64,000 nt of DNA from a virus. The stretch lies in the IMG/VR virus record IMGVR_UViG_3300044609_000721, one strand, 5' to 3'. Position numbers and translations under genes: made by a program. The notes under the pieces were generated by a model. That model saw nothing but the letters and a program-made list of their open reading frames with translations, did no database searches and was not told the DNA's origin. Shown here piece by piece: positions 54,854 to 64,000 of the stretch. Numbering within the stretch: the first letter of the stretch is position 1; every line of letters begins with the position of its first letter.

Positions 54854-54861
54854 ATTCTACA

Positions 54862-55014
54862 TCAAGCAGGGGTTTTTTGCAACTGCTTGATCTGATCAGC
54901 GATTTCTTTTGCTTCGCTGAGGCGTCCTTCACTTGCGAGAGAGTGAAGTTGGTCAATTAGAGCTTCTACAGTTTTGTCCATAACAGTTTTGTAATCGTTC
55001 ATGAAATCAACCAC
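54862..55014 (-). CDS. Small hypothetical protein (GTG start after AGGAGG)
   Basis: SD plus promoter TTGACA-17-TATCCT just upstream. Confidence 0.55.
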   Translation of the reverse strand: MVDFMNDYKTVMDKTVEALIDQLHSLASEGRLSEAKEIADQIKQLQKTPA

Positions 55015-55064
55015 TTGGACCTCCTTGACTGACTTATATAGGATAGCATGGGTAGGGCGCCCTG

Positions 55065-55496
55065 TCAAGCCCCCTTGAAGTAGTCTTTTCGCATGTACCT
55101 TCCCAAGATATTAGAGTTATAATACTTAGGAATTCCATCGACAAGAGACTCTGATAGTACATTATTTAGAAACAATTGTTTAGTTTCTTCAAAATTGCAC
55201 ATACCTTTTGTAGTATGTAGCGATAGAATCTCTCTAGAAAAGTAAAGTTTACCGTACTTCTTGATATCCTCTTTTAGTTCTGGACATGATCCATAATAAT
55301 TTTTCCAATCAGATTCTTGTTTAACTCTTCTTTTCTTACCAGGTGGAGTTCTATAACTCCAGAAGTATTTTCTACCTATGTAAGATCTTCCAGTTTTAAT
55401 GGATTCTATTCGATAAACAAAACCGAAGTAATCTTCTATCTGATCTGAAGTAAAAGGTGCTGCATCATATATCCATGGGTTCTCATAATCTAACAT
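55065..55496 (-). CDS. GIY-YIG-family endonuclease (putative)
   Basis: GFVYRI....GRSYIGRK...YYGS...E. Confidence 0.75.
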   Translation of the reverse strand: MLDYENPWIYDAAPFTSDQIEDYFGFVYRIESIKTGRSYIGRKYFWSYRTPPGKKRRVKQESDWKNYYGSCPELKEDIKKYGKLYFSREILSLHTTKGMCNFEETKQLFLNNVLSESLVDGIPKYYNSNILGRYMRKDYFKGA

Positions 55497-55556
55497 TAAA
55501 TAACCTCTAATCTCTTAGAGGTATTTATAGAGTATGTCTTGAACCCTCACAGAGTT

Positions 55557-55585
55557 ATTTTACAGGGAAAAAAAGGGGTTGTCAA
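55557..55585 (-). promoter_or_regulatory. Early promoter TTGACA-17-TAAAAT, followed by late TATAAATA (55522-55529) and a hairpin
   Basis: Motifs read directly. Confidence 0.7.
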
Positions 55586-55643
55586 GTGGTCTTTGTCACC
55601 CGACAACCTTGCGACGACGATATTTGGGTTACCCCGAATCTAT

Positions 55644-56822
55644 TTATGCGAAGATACGTCCCCATCCGCTCTTAGGACCGTCAGGAAGCCACCTCTTCTG
55701 CAGGACGCTACGAGCGTAGACAGCACCATCTCCGTTGCTCACAGCACCCGTATACCCATCGTTGAGGGATCCATAGGGATCGTTGACCACGTAATCGCCT
55801 GCAGGGGTCTTACCCACTACCACGAGCATGTGCCCTCCTGTAGGGGCACTGAGGGATCCCCTATGAAGGATTCCGATCACCACAGGACGACCAGCAGCAA
55901 GTTCCCTATCCAGATCCTCGAATCCTAGGGAATAACTAAAGGATGACTTAACTCCATAAGAAGCAAGCACTCTAGTTTGTACTAAGTGATCTGTAGTATC
56001 TCCAGTTGAGAATACTTTCTGTACATAAGCATCATCACCTTTAGATCCCTTAAGAGTTCCTGGTTTTAGATACTCAAGTACCATAGCACAAGCAGAACTA
56101 TTGCAAGTTCTATCTGCATCTCTGTAGTTATCTGTCTGTGGGAAGAATGGAACATCAAGTACAGAGGACTTTGGTTTCTCTGGTTTGGTTCTGAATGTCT
56201 TCACCCATGCAGAAGTATCTTTCATCTCTTCTGGTAGTTTAGCAATAAGAATCTTTTCCAGCATTCCTGCTGCTTCTACATGCTTAGGGTTCTTCTCATC
56301 GTAATGCTTGAAGAAATTGTGTAAATCTATAAACTCCATTGTGTATCCTCCTATTGGTTTTCTCCATAAATCTCCTTCGGCTTTACGCCTTCTTAGTAAT
56401 CCTGCTTCAACATTAGATCCAGGATCACGATATAACTCTAATGTTTTAGGTATTGCTGCCCAATTCTTCTCTCTCAGATTGCGAGAGATAGTATCAAATC
56501 CTTCACTGCCATAAAAATTCGCCCCCAAGTTATACGCAAAACTTAGGAGCGCACCTTTTTGATTATCATTTAGTTCATCCCAATAGGGAATCTTCTGGAC
56601 TGCAGGAAGAAAATAATTCTTCATCTGAAAGTCCAGAAGACTATCTGCGTACTTTTGAGTAATAGTTCTTCCTAGTTTAAAGGGACTACCATCAAAATCT
56701 CTTGTACTACCCCATCCAATAGTGATTGGTTCTCTACCAGTTTTGGGATCTGGATATGCATGTAGATGGCAATCCTCAAAGGCCTTGATTAATTCAAGAC
56801 CTGATTGAGGTGTTTGGGTCAT
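55644..56822 (-). CDS. Endolysin: GH24 lysozyme fused to a C39-like peptidase domain
   Basis: LIKAFEDCHL.AY.DP......TIGWG...ALLSFAYNLG...GLLRRR.AE; VPFFPQ...CNSSAC...GH..V.VG......VNDPYG. Confidence 0.85.
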   Translation of the reverse strand: MTQTPQSGLELIKAFEDCHLHAYPDPKTGREPITIGWGSTRDFDGSPFKLGRTITQKYADSLLDFQMKNYFLPAVQKIPYWDELNDNQKGALLSFAYNLGANFYGSEGFDTISRNLREKNWAAIPKTLELYRDPGSNVEAGLLRRRKAEGDLWRKPIGGYTMEFIDLHNFFKHYDEKNPKHVEAAGMLEKILIAKLPEEMKDTSAWVKTFRTKPEKPKSSVLDVPFFPQTDNYRDADRTCNSSACAMVLEYLKPGTLKGSKGDDAYVQKVFSTGDTTDHLVQTRVLASYGVKSSFSYSLGFEDLDRELAAGRPVVIGILHRGSLSAPTGGHMLVVVGKTPAGDYVVNDPYGSLNDGYTGAVSNGDGAVYARSVLQKRWLPDGPKSGWGRIFA

Positions 56823-57961
56823 AGTTGGAATCCTTCAAATGTGTTTTTAGTTACATCCTGCTTAATGCCGCCGACAACGTATGATTCAATTTCAGTTTCC
56901 TGTGGAGCATTTTGCATCATCTTAGAATTCAACCAGTGCTCAGTCCAGGGAAGAGGATTATTCTTTGCTGGAATATCATAAATTGCTGGAAGACCAATAG
57001 ACTTCATGCGACGATTAGCAATCCACTCAACATACTGTGAAAGCAGCTTAGTATTTAGTCCAATCATAGATCCATCTTTGAACAGGTATTCTGCCCAGTT
57101 CTTTTCCTCATCTACAGCATTCCTAAACATCTCAACAATATTATTCTTCTCTTCCTCTGCAATACGAACCATATCTGGATCATCACCAGCAGCCCACTTA
57201 TTCAGAATCTTCTGAGTAAGAACTAAGTGTTGGGATTCGTCTCTGGCGATGAGGGAGATGATTTTGGCACTTCCTTCCATGAGTTTAAGTTCACCAAAAG
57301 CGAAAGAGCAGGCAAACGATACGTAGAACCGAATTCCTTCGAGGATATTAACGTTAGCAATCGCTCGATAAAGTTTTCTTTTGAGTTCATATCTATTTTC
57401 TTGTGCGGTAGTAACACCCTCTTGAGCAAACTTCCAGTCATTAGAAGCACCATATTGATGTGCTGCAGATAGAAATTCATCGTAAGCAGCAGTCACACTA
57501 TTTGCTCTAGCAATGATCTTCTCATCATCAAGAACAGTATCAAGAATTTCAGTGGGATCTGGATACACATTCTTAATGATATAAGTGTAAGAACGGGAAT
57601 GAATCATTTCCATGAATCCCCACACTTCCATACATGCTTCCAGTTCAGGTAGAGAACAGTATGGAAGGAAAGCAATACTAGGACCACGACCCTGAACAGA
57701 ATCAAGAAGAATTTGGTATTTGAGATTCGATGTAAAGATGTGCTTTTGTTCTTGGCGAAGTTGTTGATAATCGGCACGATCCTTTTGGAGGGAGACCTCC
57801 TCAGGTCTCCAGAAATATCCAAGTTGAGATTGAGTTAGTTTATCAAAGTCTGGATACTTATATGAATCATACCTTTGGACTCCAAGAGGAGCCCCAAAGA
57901 ACATAGGTTGTTTTTTAGTGTCAACTTTTTTTGAGTTGAATACAGTCATTGATTCTACCAT
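56819..57961 (-). CDS. nrdB: Ribonucleotide reductase class Ia beta subunit
   Basis: FWRPEEV, Q.LLDSVQGR, E.IHSRSY, LEGIRFYVSFA, IARDE..H, PQETEI..Y. Confidence 0.97.
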   Translation of the reverse strand: MVESMTVFNSKKVDTKKQPMFFGAPLGVQRYDSYKYPDFDKLTQSQLGYFWRPEEVSLQKDRADYQQLRQEQKHIFTSNLKYQILLDSVQGRGPSIAFLPYCSLPELEACMEVWGFMEMIHSRSYTYIIKNVYPDPTEILDTVLDDEKIIARANSVTAAYDEFLSAAHQYGASNDWKFAQEGVTTAQENRYELKRKLYRAIANVNILEGIRFYVSFACSFAFGELKLMEGSAKIISLIARDESQHLVLTQKILNKWAAGDDPDMVRIAEEEKNNIVEMFRNAVDEEKNWAEYLFKDGSMIGLNTKLLSQYVEWIANRRMKSIGLPAIYDIPAKNNPLPWTEHWLNSKMMQNAPQETEIESYVVGGIKQDVTKNTFEGFQL

Positions 57962-57974
57962 TAGTTTTCCTTCT

Positions 57975-60275
57975 CTAGATTTTACACGAATCACAATCTT
58001 CTTCAGCTTCCAATAGTTCACTAATCAGATCGTCCACGTTCTGTTTTGCCTCATCATCACCATCCTTCTTAGCATCATAAGTATTCTGATAGTAGGAAGT
58101 CTTCCAACCATACTTGTATGTATTGAGGAAGTCTGTTGCCATCACTGACACAGGAACTTCATTATCGGCATAATTTTCTGGATTATATGACCAGTTTCCA
58201 GAAATCGCTTGATCGAAGAACTTTTGCATAACAGCAACAATATTAATATAACCAGTGTTGCTAGGCATATCCCAAAGAAGCGTATAGTTGTTCTTGAGAG
58301 ATTGATAAGAGGGGACAATCTGCTTGAGAGGTCCTTTCTTCGATTTCTTAACGGACAAGTAACCTCTAGGTGGTTCGATTCCATTTGTTTCGTTTGACAC
58401 AACGGAACTGCTCTCCGATGGCATCTGTGCGGACAGTGTTGAGTTCCTGAGACCGTGAGCCAAGATGGATGATCTAAGACTTTCCCAATCATAATTCAAT
58501 TCATTAGGTACGATTTCATCAACTTCCTTTTTATAGGTATCAATTGGAAGAATACCATCAGCATACTTAGTACGATCAAAGTATCCACAAGGACCATACT
58601 CTTTAGCGAGTTGGTTGGATGCTTTCAGTAGATAGTACTGGAATGCTTCAGTTAGATCATGAACCAGTTTCCATGCACCAGGATCATCATAGTGCTCACC
58701 ATGACGAGCAAGATAGTGTGCAAGACCAATGTATCCAACACCCAGAGAACGACGATTGAGTGTGGAAAGTTCTGCAGCAAGTACAGGATACTCCTGATAA
58801 TCAATCAGAGAATCTAGACCACGAACAGCAAGATCACAAAGTTCTTCAAGTTCATCAAGGTTCTTCAGTTTGCCAACATTAATCGCAGACAGAATGCAGA
58901 GAGCAATCTCTCCCATAGGATCATCAATATGCTGAACTGGTTTTGTTGGCAGAGTAATTTCTTGACAGAGGTTACTCATCCATACCTTATCCTTGAAGGA
59001 AGAGTGAGAGTTACAATGGTCGATGTTCATGATATACAAACGACCAGTCTCAGCACGTTCTTTCAGGAGGTCCAGAATGAGTTCTTGAGCTCCGATAGTC
59101 TTTCTAGGAATAGACTCATTTCGTTCTGCAGCAACATACAGATCGTCAAATCCGTCAAGCCCAAAATTAGCACTAAGCTCAGGAACGTCGTGGGGACTAA
59201 AGAGTGAAATTTCTTCGTTCTTGATGAATCGTTCATAGAACAACTTGCTGATTTGGATGCTGTAGTCTAACTTACGAACTCGGTTATCTTCAGTTCCTTT
59301 GTTATTTTTTAATACAAGGATGTCTTCGATTTCCTGGTGCCAGATGGGGAAGTGTACTGTTGCTGATCCACCTCGGATTCCATTTTGTGTACAGCATCGT
59401 ACAGTCGATTCAAACTTCTTAAGGAAAGGAACAACGCCAGTGTGCGTAACTTCTCCACCTCGGATCTTACTGTTGATACCACGGATTCGACCTGCGTTGA
59501 TACCGATTCCTGCCCTTTGTGAAACATAACGACCAATGGCCATATCACTACTAAAAATGCTATCCAGGGTGTCATCAGAGTCAACCAGAACACAAGACGC
59601 AAACTGACGAAGGGTAGTTCGGACTCCTGCCATGATTGGCGTTGGGATGTTGATTTTGTGCTTGCTTGTGGCATCGTAGTACCTCTTCACATACGATAGT
59701 CGGGTTTCCTGAGGATAATCAGCAAACAGAGTAGCAGCAATCAACATATACATGTATTGAGGAGTCTCAAAAATGTTATTGTTGCTACGATCCTGTACAA
59801 GATATTTATCTACAACCTGACGTAGACCAGCATAGGTAAACAAGAAGTCGCGTTCATGATCGATAAAGGAATCGATCTTATCCCAATCATCCATGGAATA
59901 TTTTCCTAGTAGTTCTCCATCATAAACATTTCGAGAAACACCACCAACAAGATGATCATGAACATTTGGAAATGCTACTTTCCAATTCTGTCCAAAGACA
60001 TGCTTGCGTAGACCGAAAAGGAGAAGACGAGCAGCGACAAACTGATAATTTGGATTATCAAGAGAGATGAGATCACTGGCAGATCGGACAAGAATCTCTT
60101 GGATTTCCGATGTTTTAATACCATCATAGAATTGGATGTTTGCATTCATTTCTACTTGAGATGCTGAGACACCACTCAGACCATCACAAGCATGTTCTAC
60201 CATCGTATGAATCTTTTCGATATTGATATACTCGATAGAACCATTTCTTTTTTCTACTTTTAGACCGTTGCTCAT
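57975..60275 (-). CDS. nrdA: Ribonucleotide reductase class Ia alpha subunit, no intein or intron seen
   Basis: ATP cone, PTPIMAG.RT..RQFASCVL, SNLCQEI, MPSESSS. Confidence 0.97.
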   Translation of the reverse strand: MSNGLKVEKRNGSIEYINIEKIHTMVEHACDGLSGVSASQVEMNANIQFYDGIKTSEIQEILVRSASDLISLDNPNYQFVAARLLLFGLRKHVFGQNWKVAFPNVHDHLVGGVSRNVYDGELLGKYSMDDWDKIDSFIDHERDFLFTYAGLRQVVDKYLVQDRSNNNIFETPQYMYMLIAATLFADYPQETRLSYVKRYYDATSKHKINIPTPIMAGVRTTLRQFASCVLVDSDDTLDSIFSSDMAIGRYVSQRAGIGINAGRIRGINSKIRGGEVTHTGVVPFLKKFESTVRCCTQNGIRGGSATVHFPIWHQEIEDILVLKNNKGTEDNRVRKLDYSIQISKLFYERFIKNEEISLFSPHDVPELSANFGLDGFDDLYVAAERNESIPRKTIGAQELILDLLKERAETGRLYIMNIDHCNSHSSFKDKVWMSNLCQEITLPTKPVQHIDDPMGEIALCILSAINVGKLKNLDELEELCDLAVRGLDSLIDYQEYPVLAAELSTLNRRSLGVGYIGLAHYLARHGEHYDDPGAWKLVHDLTEAFQYYLLKASNQLAKEYGPCGYFDRTKYADGILPIDTYKKEVDEIVPNELNYDWESLRSSILAHGLRNSTLSAQMPSESSSVVSNETNGIEPPRGYLSVKKSKKGPLKQIVPSYQSLKNNYTLLWDMPSNTGYINIVAVMQKFFDQAISGNWSYNPENYADNEVPVSVMATDFLNTYKYGWKTSYYQNTYDAKKDGDDEAKQNVDDLISELLEAEEDCDSCKI

Positions 60276-61267
60276 ACCTTCTTCCAAGTGTTAAATTTAA
60301 GTTGTGCTTCTAAACCTTCGTAGATATTTGTCTCTACGATTTTCTGAACATCATGTCCAGCGAGTACCATATCGTTGAGATCCTTTTCATGTATGTCTGA
60401 AGGGAAAATTACGATTGGTAGTTTTCTATCTATTACCTTTTGCATCCTAGCAACAATCTGCTGGTTTCGTGGTTCATTGTCATAAACGAATACGAAGTTA
60501 CTTTTACCAGAAACGAATTCCCAATCCACATCAGCACCAACCATAGCTATTGCATTAGTTAGAAACAGACTATCAATAGGACCTTCGGTAATAAAGACAT
60601 CTTTAGTGTAATCAACTCCATCAAGATTATAGATCTTTGGATGAGAGTCATCTAGGATGGTAGTAATATACCTCAACTGGGTATTGTTTGTCAAGGATCG
60701 ACCTTGAAAACCAAACCACTCACCATTCCTAATGAGTGGAATAATGATTCGACTATGATCGTTATCTACGTTGTCGAATGTATCTTTCTGAGAATTTACC
60801 CACGCTTTATATTTGGGGCAGTAGTAAAGTTTATTTAGTTTATCTTTGGGGATCTTCCGATCCAGTAAATACTTTTTTGCGGGGTGTACCTCATCGAGAA
60901 TGGAAATAGGAACAACACCTTTCTTATCACTTTTGAATTTCGGTTTATCGAATTCTAGTTTTGGGTTGGGGGTGTTTGTTGCCTTTCCAGTGAGACCCTC
61001 TTTATATCGTTTTAGAACGTATTCATCATAGAGATCTGTAGCATTGTCCTTTAGGAAATTTGCAAGAGTCCTTCCGACTCCACAGTTATGACACTTGAAA
61101 AGGATGTCATTCTTTTTCAGATAGAAATACCCCCGTGTTTTAGACTTACTCTTATGTGAGTCTCCACAGTAGGGGCATCGGAAGTTATAAAGATTGTCTT
61201 TCTTTCGTGAAAATTTTTCCAGTCTGGATGAGACTAGACTCACATATTCAACATCAATGTAACTCAT
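60272..61267 (-). CDS. gp61: DNA primase gp61
   Basis: NFRCPYCGDS....K.RG...FKCHNCG; EGPIDSLF; DNEPRN; KD.NDM. Confidence 0.95.
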   Translation of the reverse strand: MSYIDVEYVSLVSSRLEKFSRKKDNLYNFRCPYCGDSHKSKSKTRGYFYLKKNDILFKCHNCGVGRTLANFLKDNATDLYDEYVLKRYKEGLTGKATNTPNPKLEFDKPKFKSDKKGVVPISILDEVHPAKKYLLDRKIPKDKLNKLYYCPKYKAWVNSQKDTFDNVDNDHSRIIIPLIRNGEWFGFQGRSLTNNTQLRYITTILDDSHPKIYNLDGVDYTKDVFITEGPIDSLFLTNAIAMVGADVDWEFVSGKSNFVFVYDNEPRNQQIVARMQKVIDRKLPIVIFPSDIHEKDLNDMVLAGHDVQKIVETNIYEGLEAQLKFNTWKKV

Positions 61268-61698
61268 CTAGATTGGGTTTGGTTGCTCCCCCCATTATAG
61301 GCCATTCCCAGCATGTTGTCAACAAAGGGGACGACGAAACCCACGATCAGGACGGCGGCACCAGTCAGGGCGGCGGCCTGCCATTTGAATTTTGATAATT
61401 CGGTTATATTGTTCTCTACAGTTTCCAATCTCTTGATAACAGATTTGTGCTCTTCGGAATTTTGATGCTTAACATCCTCTATCATTTTTACAATTAGGTC
61501 ATCTGTCTTGATGCTCTGCTCAATACGTTCATCGTGCTTAGCAAGAATGTTTGCAATACGTTGATTGGATTCCGAGATTTTATCTACAGCGTTCTCCAAC
61601 TTGTCTAACATCTCCCTGGATAGAGTTTCGTAGATGTTTAATTTAGACTCCAGTACATCTAACTTGGCGAGTTCTTTGTTTATTGTATTGTTAAACAT
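61264..61698 (-). CDS. Coiled-coil protein with C-terminal TM
   Basis: LAKHDERIE; KWQAAALTGAAVLIVGF. Confidence 0.65.
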   Translation of the reverse strand: MFNNTINKELAKLDVLESKLNIYETLSREMLDKLENAVDKISESNQRIANILAKHDERIEQSIKTDDLIVKMIEDVKHQNSEEHKSVIKRLETVENNITELSKFKWQAAALTGAAVLIVGFVVPFVDNMLGMAYNGGSNQTQSR

Positions 61699-61708
61699 CT
61701 CTATATCC

Positions 61709-62353
61709 TCAGGATTGTGTTGAGTCTAGAGATCCACTTTTAGCATTCTGTTGTAGTGTTTTCTGTTGGGACTGCAATCTCTTTTGCATTTCAACTTTCT
61801 TCTGCTGTAATTGCTTTTGCATATTTTGCTTAGCAAGTGCAATTCTTTTTTGTGCGTCCGTCTTAGCAACTTGTTGCTTTTTAGATTGGTCCTGTTTTGC
61901 CTTTTGTGGATTATCTAATGTATTCGCTAAAGGTTGGGGTGAAGGTATAGCAGTTTGATTCATACTCGCCTCTAAAACTACATCTGCAATTCTCTTCAGA
62001 GCTTTTGATCTTTTTTGGGTATAAAAATCAATTACTTCTGTCGGAAATATTCTTTTAATATTTATAATTTGCCCATAGTCACGAAAATACTTACGCAGTT
62101 TATTCTTAACTTCTGTTTCAGTTTTCCCATACAGAATAACTTCGCCAACTCCTGCAAGTTTAACTTGAAAAGCATAAGTCATTGTGGACTCATAAATTTT
62201 CTTTTTTGGTTTTCTCCTAATAATTTTAGAACCCTTTAGTCTACCAGGAGGTTCTACTGCTGGAGGAAGAGATGTCTCTACTCCAGTGCCCACAGCATTA
62301 GTAGGAGCAACACCAGCGGATATAGCAGATTCTTCATTCATCTTATATACCAT
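61709..62353 (-). CDS. Hypothetical protein (214 aa), Q/K-rich C-terminus
   Basis: Long ORF. Confidence 0.65.
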   Translation of the reverse strand: MVYKMNEESAISAGVAPTNAVGTGVETSLPPAVEPPGRLKGSKIIRRKPKKKIYESTMTYAFQVKLAGVGEVILYGKTETEVKNKLRKYFRDYGQIINIKRIFPTEVIDFYTQKRSKALKRIADVVLEASMNQTAIPSPQPLANTLDNPQKAKQDQSKKQQVAKTDAQKRIALAKQNMQKQLQQKKVEMQKRLQSQQKTLQQNAKSGSLDSTQS

Positions 62354-62705
62354 TTAATTGTATTTGTATCGTGTTGTCGATTTCAACATCATTTAAGAAA
62401 TTTTCAGGCCACCTGTTTAAGAACAATAAAAATGTTTTTAGACATGACCAATACTCTTTTTCTAATTTATATAGTAATAGGGGAGTTGCTGCTTCTCCCC
62501 AGACATTATACAAAATAATTAGATGATTAAGAATAAGATGAGTTCTTGCCACATTACTTTTCAAGTAACGTTTGAAGAGTCTCTTCAGATATTTAAATCG
62601 TTGAAGATCCTCCTCAAAGTCTTCATATGTAGCGGATTGAGGATTCTCATAATTCTTAATTGCGAATAATAAGAAATTATCCTCGTTTAACTCATCAAAT
62701 TGCAT
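62343..62705 (-). CDS. Conserved T4-like hypothetical protein (120 aa)
   Basis: F.EL...NF..FAIKNY.NP......F.EDL.RFKY.KRL...LILNHLI.LYNV. Confidence 0.75.
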   Translation of the reverse strand: MQFDELNEDNFLLFAIKNYENPQSATYEDFEEDLQRFKYLKRLFKRYLKSNVARTHLILNHLIILYNVWGEAATPLLLYKLEKEYWSCLKTFLLFLNRWPENFLNDVEIDNTIQIQLNGI

Positions 62706-62719
62706 AATCTATAATCTCA

Positions 62720-63334
62720 TCAGGTTCCGAATGTTAAGGTTGCTGCACCGTTAGAAGTTACTTCCTCAGTACCACCAGCAGAGGTGATCTTGACTCTGTA
62801 TGCAGTTCCATTTAGGGTATTGTCAGTTACACCAGCAACAGTTAGAGTTGCACCCGTGTATCCAGTGTAGATTGAACCATCAGTGGTAGCACCGATGTTA
62901 ACCCAACGAGTTGCAGAAGGAGCAAGTCTCTGCCATGCATAAGCAAGAGTTCCAGGAGTTCCAGTAGTGGAAGTAGTAACTGCGAAGGTTGCACCACCAG
63001 TCGTAGTGGTTGCACTAGCAGGTTGACCAGTGATGGTTACTGCAGATGCTACGTCTGCTGCGATTGTATCATCAGTCTGAGTCTCATTAGCATTCGTATC
63101 GGGATTGCTGAGAGCAACTAGTTTCTCTGCCTTGTGGCGGGTATTACCTGATGCATCAGTATAGGTGTAGTATGACCACCAACCAGGGCCATCAATACCA
63201 CGAGTGCGGTTCTCGTTTAGTGCTGCTTCTGTCTCATCAACAAAAACGATTGTTGGAGTGATTGATCTTGAAGCAATGGTCATTGCCACCTTTGCTTTAT
63301 TAGCGTTTGAATCTGTTCTTCCGTAAAGAGACAT
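62720..63334 (-). CDS. Virion structural protein with C-terminal Ig-like domain
   Basis: ITGQPASAT...ATFAV...AYAWQR...ATLTV....NG..YRVKIT; late promoter at 63368-63375. Confidence 0.75.
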   Translation of the reverse strand: MSLYGRTDSNANKAKVAMTIASRSITPTIVFVDETEAALNENRTRGIDGPGWWSYYTYTDASGNTRHKAEKLVALSNPDTNANETQTDDTIAADVASAVTITGQPASATTTTGGATFAVTTSTTGTPGTLAYAWQRLAPSATRWVNIGATTDGSIYTGYTGATLTVAGVTDNTLNGTAYRVKITSAGGTEEVTSNGAATLTFGT

Positions 63335-63386
63335 TGTGTTCTCCGATAAACTTTGATATCCTGTATTTATTTATAAAAAAGGGGTC

Positions 63387-63551
63387 TTAGTGAGACCCCT
63401 TTCCATATAGCATTGCTCTGATTAGATGTCGTATAAAATCTATAATACCGTTTTCCTTAAATCGTTTTGTCTTAGCGAGGTATTCTGAAAATGCTAGGAG
63501 CAATCCCAGCACTACAGTAATACCCCAATTAAGAACTAAACAACTGATCAC
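63387..63551 (-). CDS. Small TM protein (54 aa, GTG start), possibly holin-like
   Basis: Manual translation: NWGITVVLGLLLAFSEYL.KTKRFKENGI. Confidence 0.5.
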   Translation of the reverse strand: MISCLVLNWGITVVLGLLLAFSEYLAKTKRFKENGIIDFIRHLIRAMLYGKGSH

Positions 63552-63721
63552 TGACAGTTCTTAAGAAGTGCCGTGCGGACAGTACCAGCAAGTAGATCAT
63601 CAATGTCATTGTCAGTAGTTTTAGCATAACGCTCAACTAGTTCAACGACAAGTCTCTTAGTGTGGCATGAACCAATAAGAGCAAAAAGAATTGGTTTTAC
63701 AACCTCTACGATAGCGCCCAT
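63548..63721 (-). CDS. Small hypothetical protein (57 aa, MGAIVEVVKPILF...TDNDIDD)
   Basis: Manual translation; GGAG SD. Confidence 0.6.
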   Translation of the reverse strand: MGAIVEVVKPILFALIGSCHTKRLVVELVERYAKTTDNDIDDLLAGTVRTALLKNCQ

Positions 63722-63769
63722 AATTAATCTCCTTTACTATTTTTTAATGTATTGGGTTTCCCCATCTAT

Positions 63770-64000
63770 TTAGTCAAACCTACTTGAATACATTCCCTTA
63801 TTTGCTGCCTTCTCTTTAGAAGTATGTCCATGCTTGACAACTCTAGAAACTTGGCGATTTACTCTTCTGTTTTGGGTTTCTTGAGGAGTTTCCTTAGCAC
63901 CTCTTTCCTTAGGTGCTTGACGAGAACCAGGATGATTCTGCTTGTGTGCTTTTCCTTCTACCGATTTAGAGATATCAAGTTTAGTTCCAGTCTTCTTTTC
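63770..64000 (-). CDS. 3' end of a basic hypothetical protein entering from the window edge
   Basis: Open frame from 64000 to TAA at 63770. Confidence 0.55.
   Translation of the reverse strand, partial: EKKTGTKLDISKSVEGKAHKQNHPGSRQAPKERGAKETPQETQNRRVNRQVSRVVKHGHTSKEKAANKGMYSSRFD

Noticed and set aside
55065-55496. GIY-YIG gene as a mobile homing endonuclease element
   Set aside because: It is short (143 aa), has no evident DNA-binding tail, and is not inserted within or next to an obvious target gene; it looks like a resident nuclease.
55539-55928. 129-aa plus-strand ORF
   Set aside because: Overlaps the endolysin antisense and the promoter region; no coding support.
56819-60275. Introns or inteins in nrdA/nrdB (also psbA and thyX)
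   Set aside because: All are continuous ORFs of normal length with no splice or intein motifs.

Overview
A 64-kb segment of a T4-like cyanobacterial myovirus (Kyanoviridae-type). The host is probably Synechococcus, inferred from psbA with the full C-terminal extension, many tRNAs, and cpeT/CP12/gnd/hli. Almost all genes are on the minus strand. In order, the window holds: a late module of 2OG-Fe(II) oxygenase, tryptophan halogenase and glycine-rich fibre genes; large virion structural genes; speD; the baseplate/tail cluster (gp5, gp27-like, two tape-measure-like proteins with peptidoglycan hydrolase domains, gp51, gp26, gp54, and gp4/gp48/gp53 on +); replication and nucleotide genes (gp32, gp59, gp33, exonuclease, phoH, thyX, rnh, glutaredoxin, nrdA/B, primase); photosynthesis/redox AMGs (gnd, psbA, peroxiredoxin, hli, cpeT, CP12); 11 tRNAs plus one tRNA-like pseudogene; and an endolysin. 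The most unusual items are four. (1) A self-contained plus-strand late operon at 44.2-47.6 kb with a ~230-nt multi-stem leader RNA, a helical protein, a Cys-flanked collagen, a paralogous fibre-tip protein, a papain-like protein lacking its catalytic Cys, and two Tyr/His/Arg-rich peptides. (2) A likely -1 ribosomal frameshift fusing gp26 to an otherwise start-less gp51 just upstream of the tape-measure-like genes. (3) An endolysin fusion that keeps an internal SD+ATG. (4) Several candidate structured RNAs. All family assignments come from motif recognition by eye; no database searches were run.
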